Source: an uncultured virus (IMG/VR IMGVR_UViG_3300010048_000003) (Duplodnaviria; Heunggongvirae; Uroviricota; Caudoviricetes). From it: 64,000 nt of DNA. Below are positions 49,153-58,576 of the stretch, in pieces. Made by a program: the position numbers and the translations under genes. Positions within the stretch are counted from its first letter, which is position 1. Each line of letters opens with the position of its first letter. The notes beneath the pieces are model-generated. The model saw nothing but the letters and a program-made list of their open reading frames with translations, had not been told where the DNA came from and ran no database searches. Where the stretch lies: IMG/VR virus record IMGVR_UViG_3300010048_000003; one strand, written 5' to 3'.

Positions 49153-52100
49153 GCGTTGACCAGTTTCTCATTAACCCGGACTTTGCGGACGAGTACTTCG
49201 AGGGTGGTACTCCTGGTAATGTTATTGATACTACTCACACGACCTTCAACAATGTAACGAATTCTTATGCTAATGCTTATTTCAGCATTTTTGGGTATGC
49301 CGGTCAGGGCTGTAATGCTTGGGGGCAAACCTATACATTTGGCAATGACGTCGGGATGGGCGGCTGGAATGTACTACCGTCGAGTGGGCAGGCCTACTCA
49401 CAAATAGCTAATTTTCAGTCATACCCGCCGCGTAACGTTATCATTGCTAGGATGCAGACATCTGCGAGCGCAGCTATAGCTGATCTTGTTCTTCAGACTA
49501 ACGGTTACCTACAGATAGTCAACAACTCTAGCGTCGGACTAGTTACCAGCAACAAACCGGTTCCGCTGAACAAATGGGTCATGATCAACTTCACCGTCTT
49601 CCCTGATCCATCAAAGGGATACGCGAAGATTGACATATTCTATTCACCTACCGAGGCAGTGCCTGACGACACTTCCTCTATGAACAATCTTGCGATACCA
49701 GGCGGTTCGCCGGGCAAGGCATGGTTCGGTCTTGAGACTCGATTCGCAGTAACATGGAATGCTGAAGCCATAACGAATCTCAGTTCCTCGGTAGCAGTTG
49801 CCTCATCGCTCGCGGTATTTCAGGCGAACGGCTTTACATATACTGATACTAATTTCGGACATAATCAGACGATACCTAATCCCGCGTCGGCTACGTTTAC
49901 TTCGACGCATACGAAGTCGGTTGACTGGGGCGTTGAGCTTCACACGATTCCGTATGCCTATGGGGCATCACCTGCGCCATCGATCAATTATATCAATACT
50001 TACAACCAGTTTGCCGAGATTCCGCAGGGTGTTAATATAGGCACTTACACTGGCGCGTCCGCTACTTCGCATACGTGTACTGTTACCGGCGGTGGTTCGC
50101 TCGCTAATTGCGGCATCTTCGTCGCCGTTGCGATGGGAGGATTCGGCGCTTCATCTGCTACTGTAACTGATAGTGCAGGGAATGTTTACACGCAGGTTGG
50201 ATCACTAAATCTTGATGGCTATACTAATGTTCCGCTGCTTGTATTCCAGGCTAACCAGCCGTCAAAGGCATTGATTAGTGGAACAAGTACTGTTACGGTA
50301 ACGCCGAATGCTGCAACCCCATGTAATTTCTCAATCACTTATGTTTATAATCTGACTGCGATGGTGACGTTGCGGGATAGTGAGCATGCTACAAGTGCTT
50401 CGATATCGACTGCTACCGGAGCACTACCTTCTATCGCTCAGACTGTTTTGACTTTTATATACAGCGGTGGTGCTGGCGGAACTCCGGCATTTGGATCAAA
50501 TACAACTTTTGTGAGTAATACGCAAGGACAGGGTGTTGGCCTAGTCACAGTCGGGTTCCAGACGAATACTGGTTCAGGCAGTGTCGCGACGACAGCGACC
50601 CTACCTTCCGGTTCAGCTGCATGGTGTGCCATGACGTTTAGTGCTACGACTGTAGTCGTTACCGGGCATTTCAATATTCAGCAGGCAGTTGCTAGCCGGT
50701 ACGTATACATCATGGTGTGTACTTCCGGCGCGGTAAGTGGTTCACCAGTCATTGCCGATAATCACGGGAATGCGTATTCACAGATAGCATTCATTGCGCT
50801 TCCGACTGGGCAGCGCGTATTCCTGATGCAGTCGAATGCTGCTGTTACGTTCGCCATCAATGACTGGTATACTATCACATCCGGGTATGCGATTAATGGC
50901 TGGTCTGAAGTCTTTTCAATGATCGGCCTAACGGCTACAGCTACGGTATATGATGATACCGGTACGAGTGCTACGCCTACGGTCCCGAATGTCACCATAG
51001 GGACTGGCAATCACGCAGTCCTATGGATAGGCGGTAATGATACTGAAGCTGAGGTAGTTCCGGTTGGGTTCACCCACCTTAATCCAGGCAGCGGTTCCGG
51101 GGGAACTGGTGGATACGCGGGCGTATATGCTGGACTAGGTGTAGCGTATTATGCTGATCGTACCGGTACGATGGTAATCAATCCGGACTGGATATATGAT
51201 GACTTCAATGCTGCAATAGTTTATACTGGTAATTGGGGCAACACTCAGAACGGCCAGAACTTGACACCGCCTGCGACGTGGTATGGTGGTACGCAGCACT
51301 TCTCGAATATCACGGGGAATTATGCTACGCTTAACTTCAACATGCCTATGAGCGGTAGTCTGTACGTTCAGTTCTCTGTCGATACGAACAGAGGTATAGG
51401 ATCTATATCAATTGATGGCGGAACTGCTGTCCTTATTGATACGTATTCATCAACTCTACATAATAACTTCATTGTATGGGAATCTCCAGTTCTGGCTAGA
51501 GGTAGCCATACGATAGTCATTACGGTAACCGGAACGAAGAATGCGGCTTCATCTGCTTACTATGTCGGTATTGATGCATTCTCGAATATGCCCATTGTAA
51601 GTGGGTATGGTACTATACCGTCTGGTGATTCTTCACTAGTTAATATCGTGTCGACTAATGTTGCTACATCAGGTTCATTCTCAGTTACCGATACTCAGGG
51701 CAATGCTTATACCCTCGTGATGTCAAATACGGCTCCTGGCAATGTCGTGTCGCAGTTCGTATTCGCTTGCCTGAGCCCGAAGGCGCTTGGTGCGAGCGAT
51801 ACAATTTCGGTTACCTGTACTACGTACTTTGAGGGGTATGCGTCTGCGTACGGTATGCAGGGACTATACTCGCTTCTCGCTACGGCTCCTGGCGGCAGTG
51901 TTACTTCTAATACTGTTGATATGAAAGTGAGCGTTTCTAATTCGTGGGCTCCTGTACTTATATCCGCGACGGTCGCGGTTATAGGATCGGTACCGTCGCC
52001 TAATGGCCTATGGACTGCTATAGATAACTTGGCTATGTCTGGCACCCTCGCCGGAACGATATCGCAGAACCTATCGTTTAACGTGATGTCAAATGGTATG

Positions 52101-53390
52101 CCGACTAACTGGGGATATTATTTTGACAATTGTTCAGTTAAGCTTTTCACGAGCGTGCCTGCGCCACCTGATCAAACGGTATGGGTCGATGTACTTAACA
52201 CCAACTTCGTTAGTCAAGGTATGATCCAGTTCGCGACTGTCACCGCGACGCTCTACTACAATGCGGTTGGAACATGGACTATCCTAGCGCCGTACTCGGA
52301 CTGGTTGTGGAAAATCGCTACCGGCGGTGACTTCATCGTCAGAGTTAACTGGCGCAACATGTTTGAATTTGGTGGCAAATGTGAACAGCCAGGGTACGTC
52401 GATTCGATGCCTGGCTCGACCGGCGCGGGATCTGGGCCATCAGGTAGTTACTCCGGTCCATTTATAATGCTGACCGGTGGTGACTATCTTCAGATACTCG
52501 CAAACCGGATATGCTATCCAGATCCTACTAGCGACTGGGCACATCAGCGTCCATCGAATAAGGATATAGTTGTCAATGTCCCGCTTGAGACAGCTATCAA
52601 GCATTATGTTTCGGTGAATGCTGGACCTGGTGCATTGTCTGCGCGTAGACATCCATCACTAGTTATCGCTACTGATCAGGGACGTGGTCCGGCTGTAAAC
52701 TATAGTGTTCAGTTCACGTCGGGCGTTGATCTTGGCCTGCTCGATGTTATACGCGCGCTTATCGCGCAAGCCTACCCGACGAATGTTGCTGGAGGTATGG
52801 GGTTTAGGATTACCAGAACAGGCACCAATCTTACATTCGACGTCTTCACGCCGGTTGATAAGTCGCAGACTGCGTACTTCTCGGAACAGCTCGGGAACCT
52901 TACATCCATCAACTTCTCTTTGACAGATCCAACATGTACTGATGCTCTTGTACAAGGTGTTAATAGGTTCGTGTCACAGACTAATTCGGCCGTCACCCCA
53001 TGGACTAAGACTGAGGTGTATGTTGATGACACTTCGAATGCGGATGCTAAGACTCTTACTACCACGGCACAAAATGAATTGTTCTCCGGTACATTCGGGC
53101 CTACCATGGGCGTAACCGCTTCCGATACGCCGTTCTGTATTTATGGACGTGATTATGTACTAGGCGATATAGTGACTGTCGAAGTCCGTACGACTCCGAC
53201 GCTCATATCGTATACTGATGTTGTTTCTAGTGTACAGCTTACTGCCGATCCTTCACAAAGTCCGATACTGAATGTTATCCCCACAATAGGGAACTCTACT
53301 GATCCAACGTCCTCGGGCAAGACCCTTACCAATCAGCTTACTGCGCGTATCAAGAAACTTGAGAAGAATATGCGGGCCAAGGGAAGATGA
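49149..53390 (+). CDS. Large minor tail protein: adhesion domains fused to a C-terminal baseplate hub domain
   Basis: C-terminal ~400 aa with YNAVGTW and YGRDYVLGDIVTV; lectin-like N-terminal modules. Confidence 0.75.
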   Translation: MSVDQFLINPDFADEYFEGGTPGNVIDTTHTTFNNVTNSYANAYFSIFGYAGQGCNAWGQTYTFGNDVGMGGWNVLPSSGQAYSQIANFQSYPPRNVIIARMQTSASAAIADLVLQTNGYLQIVNNSSVGLVTSNKPVPLNKWVMINFTVFPDPSKGYAKIDIFYSPTEAVPDDTSSMNNLAIPGGSPGKAWFGLETRFAVTWNAEAITNLSSSVAVASSLAVFQANGFTYTDTNFGHNQTIPNPASATFTSTHTKSVDWGVELHTIPYAYGASPAPSINYINTYNQFAEIPQGVNIGTYTGASATSHTCTVTGGGSLANCGIFVAVAMGGFGASSATVTDSAGNVYTQVGSLNLDGYTNVPLLVFQANQPSKALISGTSTVTVTPNAATPCNFSITYVYNLTAMVTLRDSEHATSASISTATGALPSIAQTVLTFIYSGGAGGTPAFGSNTTFVSNTQGQGVGLVTVGFQTNTGSGSVATTATLPSGSAAWCAMTFSATTVVVTGHFNIQQAVASRYVYIMVCTSGAVSGSPVIADNHGNAYSQIAFIALPTGQRVFLMQSNAAVTFAINDWYTITSGYAINGWSEVFSMIGLTATATVYDDTGTSATPTVPNVTIGTGNHAVLWIGGNDTEAEVVPVGFTHLNPGSGSGGTGGYAGVYAGLGVAYYADRTGTMVINPDWIYDDFNAAIVYTGNWGNTQNGQNLTPPATWYGGTQHFSNITGNYATLNFNMPMSGSLYVQFSVDTNRGIGSISIDGGTAVLIDTYSSTLHNNFIVWESPVLARGSHTIVITVTGTKNAASSAYYVGIDAFSNMPIVSGYGTIPSGDSSLVNIVSTNVATSGSFSVTDTQGNAYTLVMSNTAPGNVVSQFVFACLSPKALGASDTISVTCTTYFEGYASAYGMQGLYSLLATAPGGSVTSNTVDMKVSVSNSWAPVLISATVAVIGSVPSPNGLWTAIDNLAMSGTLAGTISQNLSFNVMSNGMPTNWGYYFDNCSVKLFTSVPAPPDQTVWVDVLNTNFVSQGMIQFATVTATLYYNAVGTWTILAPYSDWLWKIATGGDFIVRVNWRNMFEFGGKCEQPGYVDSMPGSTGAGSGPSGSYSGPFIMLTGGDYLQILANRICYPDPTSDWAHQRPSNKDIVVNVPLETAIKHYVSVNAGPGALSARRHPSLVIATDQGRGPAVNYSVQFTSGVDLGLLDVIRALIAQAYPTNVAGGMGFRITRTGTNLTFDVFTPVDKSQTAYFSEQLGNLTSINFSLTDPTCTDALVQGVNRFVSQTNSAVTPWTKTEVYVDDTSNADAKTLTTTAQNELFSGTFGPTMGVTASDTPFCIYGRDYVLGDIVTVEVRTTPTLISYTDVVSSVQLTADPSQSPILNVIPTIGNSTDPTSSGKTLTNQLTARIKKLEKNMRAKGR

Positions 53391-53391
53391 C

Positions 53392-54333
53392 ATGAGCACA
53401 TACGACGCACGGCCGAGTGCTTTCACTCAGCTGACTACGACGGCAGAGTGGGAATACTTCATGTCTGCTGCTGGCGTCTGGGATGGCATCGACGGGCCCA
53501 ACAGCTTTGTGCCGTCAATTAGCGGCACTACACTTACCATCTCGGCCGGTTCTTGTCAGATCAAAGGACAGCTCTGGCGTGCGGATGCGAATGTGTCCTA
53601 TACAATGCCGGCTACTGACCCGACGTATGACCGGATAGACATCCTCACTCTCCAGCTTTCCCGTACCGCGTCGACATCACCGACCGTAGTATCGCCGTAC
53701 ATTCAACAAGGTGTCGCTGCTGCGACGCCTGTGCCTCCCGCTCTTTCTCAGACCCCGACTGGTCTATGGCAGATTCCTATTTGCCAGTATACCGCGCACC
53801 ACGGCGGCACGACGTATGATACTCTCCTGGACATCAGGCAGTTCTCTGGGCGTACCGTCATCAACATGACATCGAAGTATCACCCAAGTCCGGCGAATAC
53901 CTGTCTCGGAATCGAGACGGATACTGGTAACGTCTATGTCTGGTATCCTGGCAGCGCTAAGTGGGTGTTCCTAGGACCAGGCGCGAACCCGATCGATCCA
54001 TGGAAGCAGGTCAACCTGATCAATGGCTGGGCGAATGCTGCAGCGCCTGCGCCGCAGGTTTCATACCATTACGGCTTGAGGAATGGCAGCCTAGAGCTTA
54101 ATGGCGAGCTACGCCAGGCAGCAGCTCCGACCAATGCGATCTTTGGCGTACTCCCAATCAACTACCGGCCGACGAGCAATCAGATGCAAGCATGTGGCGC
54201 AACGGCTGGTGTGAGCGGAGCTACTAGTCCATACGTTCAGCTTGATACAGCCGGGAACCTCTCGGTTCAGGGTGTGACTATTTCAGCGAATCCAATCATA
54301 GTTTTCAGTGTCCTGTTTGCGCTGGATTTTTAG
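53392..54333 (+). CDS. Minor tail protein
   Basis: RIDILTLQL...PPALSQT..GLWQIPI. Confidence 0.7.
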   Translation: MSTYDARPSAFTQLTTTAEWEYFMSAAGVWDGIDGPNSFVPSISGTTLTISAGSCQIKGQLWRADANVSYTMPATDPTYDRIDILTLQLSRTASTSPTVVSPYIQQGVAAATPVPPALSQTPTGLWQIPICQYTAHHGGTTYDTLLDIRQFSGRTVINMTSKYHPSPANTCLGIETDTGNVYVWYPGSAKWVFLGPGANPIDPWKQVNLINGWANAAAPAPQVSYHYGLRNGSLELNGELRQAAAPTNAIFGVLPINYRPTSNQMQACGATAGVSGATSPYVQLDTAGNLSVQGVTISANPIIVFSVLFALDF

Positions 54334-54340
54334 GAGTGAC

Positions 54341-55312
54341 ATGACTACGTATGATGCTCGTCCTAGTGCCTTTACGCAGATGACGACTACGTCTGAGTGG
54401 GAGACATTCTGTTCGGCTGCGAATATTTATGACGGTGTTGATACCAGCAACAGCTTCGTGCCGTCCCTCGATACTGCCGGGCGTAATGCCGTCATGAGCG
54501 CCGGTGACTGTCTCATCAAGGGCATGTTGTGGCGAGCGGATGCGAGCGTATCGACGCCTATTCCAGCTGCTGAATCCCAGGACCGGATTGACTATCTTGT
54601 CCTCCAGCTGAACCGCGCCGCGACGTCTTCACCGGCCGTCATTCAGCCGATTGTCGTTAAGGGCACTGCAGCAGCTACTCCGGTGCCACCGACTCTCACT
54701 CAGAACTCGACCGGAATTTTCCAGATCCCGATATCGCAGTGGACAGCACACTCGACCGGCGTACTTGACACAATGTACGACGCAAGGTTGTATACTCAGC
54801 GAACGCCCCGGAAGATCGCGAACATAGGCTCTCACATAGCGAACAGCACGAACTACTACAGTGTACACCAGTCAGTATACGTTCCGCCTCTCGATGCGGC
54901 AGCTGGCGCGGTAGTCCATAGGTTCAGGGTTGCTGGGAACGGTACGCAGGCGACAGGTACCGCCGTACAGATGAACTGGCAGCTCGCCTACCAAGGCAAC
55001 ACGATTACGGCGGTCGGGGACAGTGGAGGTATTCCTGCTGGCGCGGGATTCAACTGGCTTTGTGATATGGATTTCATGATATTCCCTGACGGCTCGGCGA
55101 TGCTCCTTAGTACTATGGTGCAGTCCCGATCAGTCAACACGCCTGGTACTGCGCAAAGTACGAAGACTCAGTCCCAGACATTCGCAGCCGGATACATCAA
55201 CATAGGTCAGGGCGGAAGCATGGCGCTACAGATTGGATGGGCGTCAATAACGGGGTCTCCAATCGCTACCGGTCTCGGCTTCGTATATGAAAAGCAGCAG
55301 GTGAGTGTTTAG
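54341..55312 (+). CDS. Minor tail protein, paralog of the preceding gene
   Basis: Near-identical N-terminus YDARPSAFTQ. Confidence 0.7.
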   Translation: MTTYDARPSAFTQMTTTSEWETFCSAANIYDGVDTSNSFVPSLDTAGRNAVMSAGDCLIKGMLWRADASVSTPIPAAESQDRIDYLVLQLNRAATSSPAVIQPIVVKGTAAATPVPPTLTQNSTGIFQIPISQWTAHSTGVLDTMYDARLYTQRTPRKIANIGSHIANSTNYYSVHQSVYVPPLDAAAGAVVHRFRVAGNGTQATGTAVQMNWQLAYQGNTITAVGDSGGIPAGAGFNWLCDMDFMIFPDGSAMLLSTMVQSRSVNTPGTAQSTKTQSQTFAAGYINIGQGGSMALQIGWASITGSPIATGLGFVYEKQQVSV

Positions 55313-55496
55313 TCTTGACTCCATCTTCTACGGCGGCCTGGTTGCCGTCGGGATTATCGTAGCTACTGCGATATATGATGAGATCAAGATTAATGCTTAC
55401 GAGAGAAACCTCGGGGTACCGCCCTGTGTGAGGAAAGGGAAGAGAAGATGGATTATGAGGAGAAGCGCGAGGATGAGGCACCGCGCGATCCACTAG
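55305..55496 (+). CDS. Small membrane protein
   Basis: One hydrophobic segment. Confidence 0.45.
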   Translation: MFSLDSIFYGGLVAVGIIVATAIYDEIKINAYERNLGVPPCVRKGKRRWIMRRSARMRHRAIH

Positions 55497-55630
55497 CGCC
55501 GCATCTCCGGCAGGTCACTCCGGTAGTCGAGCCTGCCGAAGAGGGGCACGAGTTCTGGGCGAACCCAGGAGACGACGAAAGGCCAGAGTCAGATCTGGCT
55601 CAGCTTACCAGAGGTGCGGAGGAGCAGTAG
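55448..55630 (+). CDS. Small acidic protein
   Basis: Abuts the endolysin start. Confidence 0.5.
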   Translation: MDYEEKREDEAPRDPLAPHLRQVTPVVEPAEEGHEFWANPGDDERPESDLAQLTRGAEEQ

Positions 55631-56425
55631 ATGACACTCACAAGGGTTTGGATTCCTAGCCCCAACTACAGCAGCCGGGGCGGTTCCTCGGTACGCCTGA
55701 TCGTACTCCACACGGCCGAAGGGGCAACGACGTACGAGTCCCTGGGGAACTACTTCGCCAGCAGCAGCTCAGGAGTCTCTTCTCACGTCGGCATCGATGA
55801 CAAGCGCGGCAAGTGCGGCGAGTACGTCTCGCGCGGGAACAAGGCGTGGACGCAGGGGAACGCTAACCCGGTGTCGGTCGCCGCCGAGCTGTGCGGGTTC
55901 GCGTCCTGGTCGGACTCGACCTGGCGGAACTCGCACAACAACATGCTCCTGAACGCGGCCGACTGGGTCAGGGAAGAAGCAGCCAAGTTCAACATTCCGA
56001 TCACGAAGCTCACCGCTTCGCAGGCACAGGGGAGTGGTCGTGGAGTCTGTCAGCACCGAGACCTCGGAACCTGGGGCGGAAACCACTCCGACTGCGGGAA
56101 CGGATTCCCCATGGACTACGTCCTGGATCTGGCTCGGGGCGGAACTCCACCACCGTCGGGAGGTGGAGGCGGTGGAGGCGGTTCGGTTCCGACGCTTCAT
56201 GTCGACTACTTCGGCCCGGCCAACGGCCACAACTACAACTGCTCGGACGTTCAGGTATGGCAGGCCCAGATGTCGTCGCGCGGATGGACGATCAGTGTAG
56301 ACTGTCATTACGGGCCGCAGTCCGAGAACGTCTGCCGTCAGTTCCAGTCAGAGAAGGGACTGAGCTATGACGGCATGGTCGGTCCCGAAACGTGGAATGC
56401 GGCATGGACCGCGCCGGTAACCTAG
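55631..56425 (+). CDS. Endolysin: N-acetylmuramoyl-L-alanine amidase plus peptidoglycan-binding domain
   Basis: IVLHTAEG, SSH, AW, HRD, HSDCG; Gly linker; FQSEKGL..DGMVGPETW. Confidence 0.9.
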   Translation: MTLTRVWIPSPNYSSRGGSSVRLIVLHTAEGATTYESLGNYFASSSSGVSSHVGIDDKRGKCGEYVSRGNKAWTQGNANPVSVAAELCGFASWSDSTWRNSHNNMLLNAADWVREEAAKFNIPITKLTASQAQGSGRGVCQHRDLGTWGGNHSDCGNGFPMDYVLDLARGGTPPPSGGGGGGGGSVPTLHVDYFGPANGHNYNCSDVQVWQAQMSSRGWTISVDCHYGPQSENVCRQFQSEKGLSYDGMVGPETWNAAWTAPVT

Positions 56426-56697
56426 CCCGAGCACTCGTCTGGCATCTGTGGCGAATACTGTCGGTGTTCATAGCCGCGCTGATCATCAACGTAGTCGCCA
56501 CAGATGTCGTCAAGAGTCTCAGCAAGGAATCAATCCTTGACTGTGTCATCATCGCAGCATTCATTGCGTTCGGTGCTGAGATTATCGGTCCGCGCGCATT
56601 CACCGGAGGGAGGCGTCGTGCTAAGCCAGCAACAACTGTGGGACCTGGAACTGGAACAGCTATACAAGGAACGGGAGACGACGGACCCCGACCCTGA
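56404..56697 (+). CDS. Probable holin
   Basis: Two hydrophobic segments, directly after the endolysin. Confidence 0.5.
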   Translation: MDRAGNLARALVWHLWRILSVFIAALIINVVATDVVKSLSKESILDCVIIAAFIAFGAEIIGPRAFTGGRRRAKPATTVGPGTGTAIQGTGDDGPRP

Positions 56698-57223
56698 GAT
56701 GTGGCGGTGGAGTCCTCTTGAACTGCGTGAGTTCGACAGGATGCTTACTGTCGCTATCCACATGTTCCCAGGACAGCACGAGATCTCGTTCTGTGAAGCC
56801 GGATGCGGTATCGGCACAAAGCTATACCTGGCCGAGAAGTATCATGGCCTGACGGCGGTAGGCTACGAGATCTCTGAAGACTATCTAGCCAAGGCACTCG
56901 CCATAGAGGTCGATGCCCGGTACATGGACCTGCGGACGGACTCGCCGCCGTGGGCCGAGTATGATATCGTGTATACCGCGCGACCGTTCAAGGATGACGA
57001 GTTCGAGTCAGCCTGGGAGTCTTCGGTTCAGCGCGCGATGCGTCCCGGCGCGGTATTGATGATGGCCTACACGGCGCATAAGCCGTATGCCTGGCCGTGT
57101 TACTACCGGGCGCCATTTCGGGGCGTATGGGTGAAGCCGCAACCGCGTATCCCCGGCGTATACGACCAGATGATCAGGCGGCAAGAACCGCATGATCCGC
57201 TAGTGAAGGAGCCGGGCCCATGA
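56618..57223 (+). CDS. Class I SAM-dependent methyltransferase
   Basis: EAGCGIG, GYEIS, YDIVY, MRPGA. Confidence 0.8.
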   Translation: MLSQQQLWDLELEQLYKERETTDPDPEMWRWSPLELREFDRMLTVAIHMFPGQHEISFCEAGCGIGTKLYLAEKYHGLTAVGYEISEDYLAKALAIEVDARYMDLRTDSPPWAEYDIVYTARPFKDDEFESAWESSVQRAMRPGAVLMMAYTAHKPYAWPCYYRAPFRGVWVKPQPRIPGVYDQMIRRQEPHDPLVKEPGP

Positions 57224-57507
57224 CAGAGAGATCGCCAGAAGTAACACCATTGGCCAAGCCTGCGGTGCCTGCGACGTACTCGGCGCTCATAAGCGGTAGT
57301 GGCTGGTATGTCATCTGGGGATCAACTGCGCCGAATCCTGGCATGACTCAGATGATTATTGCCTTCGGACTTGGCACTACTAGCAACGTCATCGAGCCAA
57401 TAGTGTCTAGTGCAGGTGTCCCTACTGCCGCTACATCTATCAGTACCGACTACCTGCTAGCGAACCCGCAAGAGAACCAGGCCTATACCGGCCTTACTGG
57501 TACGTAG
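57220..57507 (+). CDS. Hypothetical protein
   Basis: ATGA overlap. Confidence 0.5.
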   Translation: MTERSPEVTPLAKPAVPATYSALISGSGWYVIWGSTAPNPGMTQMIIAFGLGTTSNVIEPIVSSAGVPTAATSISTDYLLANPQENQAYTGLTGT

Positions 57508-57717
57508 TCGGCCGGTTACGTAGAGCGACGTATAGCTACGCGGCTCTAGGATCGATTCTAAGAGCCTATCGAGCCTAGCCGTACCCGAGAGTCCCGGGAG
57601 GGGGAGATAGGCCCGCTCCGTTCGGCTCCGGGCCGGCAAGGAGTCTGTCTTTCGGGCCGGTTCGGAGCCGGTAGGGCCGAGGGGTATGGTTTAGACATAG
57701 TCGACCGTAGTCGACTC

Positions 57718-58329
57718 CTAGATGATGTGAGTCTTGAGGTGGCCGATGTTGACCGAGGTGTCGACGCAGATATTGTATCCTAGGCTGATCGCTCGAATAC
57801 AGAAGGTGACATCCTCACCGGCAAGATATTCGCCCATCGGGATCTCCTGGAACCACTGGGCGGCCTTATTGGGCAGCTTCTCCTGGATGTCTAGGAACAC
57901 CTGCCGGTGGACTAGGAGGCAGCCCGCGCCGGTCGCGTCCACGTCAACAACCTCGCCTTGTTCATACTCGGTGATGGCCCGGTATGCCGGCGTCCCGTTC
58001 TCGTCATCAGGCTCACGCCGGAACATCGACGGGTACTTCGGGAGGTCATTGATATGAACGAGTCCGCCTATGATCGCCTCGTTACGCTTGAGTAGGCGCT
58101 CGATCGTATTCCGGTTGAAGACGGTATCGGTATCGGCCATATATAGCCACTTGTTACCAGACTCTAGGAACTGCTCGACTAGTTTGTTCCGCGCGGTCGA
58201 TATGTTAGCGCTCGACCAGTAGTCAAGGGTGTCGATACTCATGTACCGGATGAGGTTCACCAGCGAGTGCATAAACCCGGCGTGGACGTGATCGTTGTGG
58301 ACGTACCCGATAGTGACTGAGGTTGTCAT
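57718..58329 (-). CDS. GT-A (family 2-like) glycosyltransferase
   Basis: ARNKLV..FL..WLYMADTD, ATGAGCLLV, GEDVTFC, GHLK. Confidence 0.85.
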   Translation of the reverse strand: MTTSVTIGYVHNDHVHAGFMHSLVNLIRYMSIDTLDYWSSANISTARNKLVEQFLESGNKWLYMADTDTVFNRNTIERLLKRNEAIIGGLVHINDLPKYPSMFRREPDDENGTPAYRAITEYEQGEVVDVDATGAGCLLVHRQVFLDIQEKLPNKAAQWFQEIPMGEYLAGEDVTFCIRAISLGYNICVDTSVNIGHLKTHII

Positions 58330-58330
58330 A

Positions 58331-58576
58331 TCACTTCCCATGTTCGTGATCAACTTCGCCGTACAGGCTTAGCCGGTGTATGGTGTCGTGGAATGTGCGA
58401 TAGCACTCTTCAACGTAGTCGCTGGCGAATGGTGGTAGAGTGTACTGTCCGGCGAGAGATTCGCTATGCCTAACGGACATATGTTTTCTGAAGTTCCATT
58501 CATCCATGTCATCAGCATTCCTGACGACTATCTTGAGATCTACATTCTCTTGCGGTGTCATGGTTACCTCCATCAA
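58331..58576 (-). CDS. His-rich hypothetical protein
   Basis: KHMSVRH...HDTIHRL..DHEH. Confidence 0.6.
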   Translation of the reverse strand: MMEVTMTPQENVDLKIVVRNADDMDEWNFRKHMSVRHSESLAGQYTLPPFASDYVEECYRTFHDTIHRLSLYGEVDHEHGK

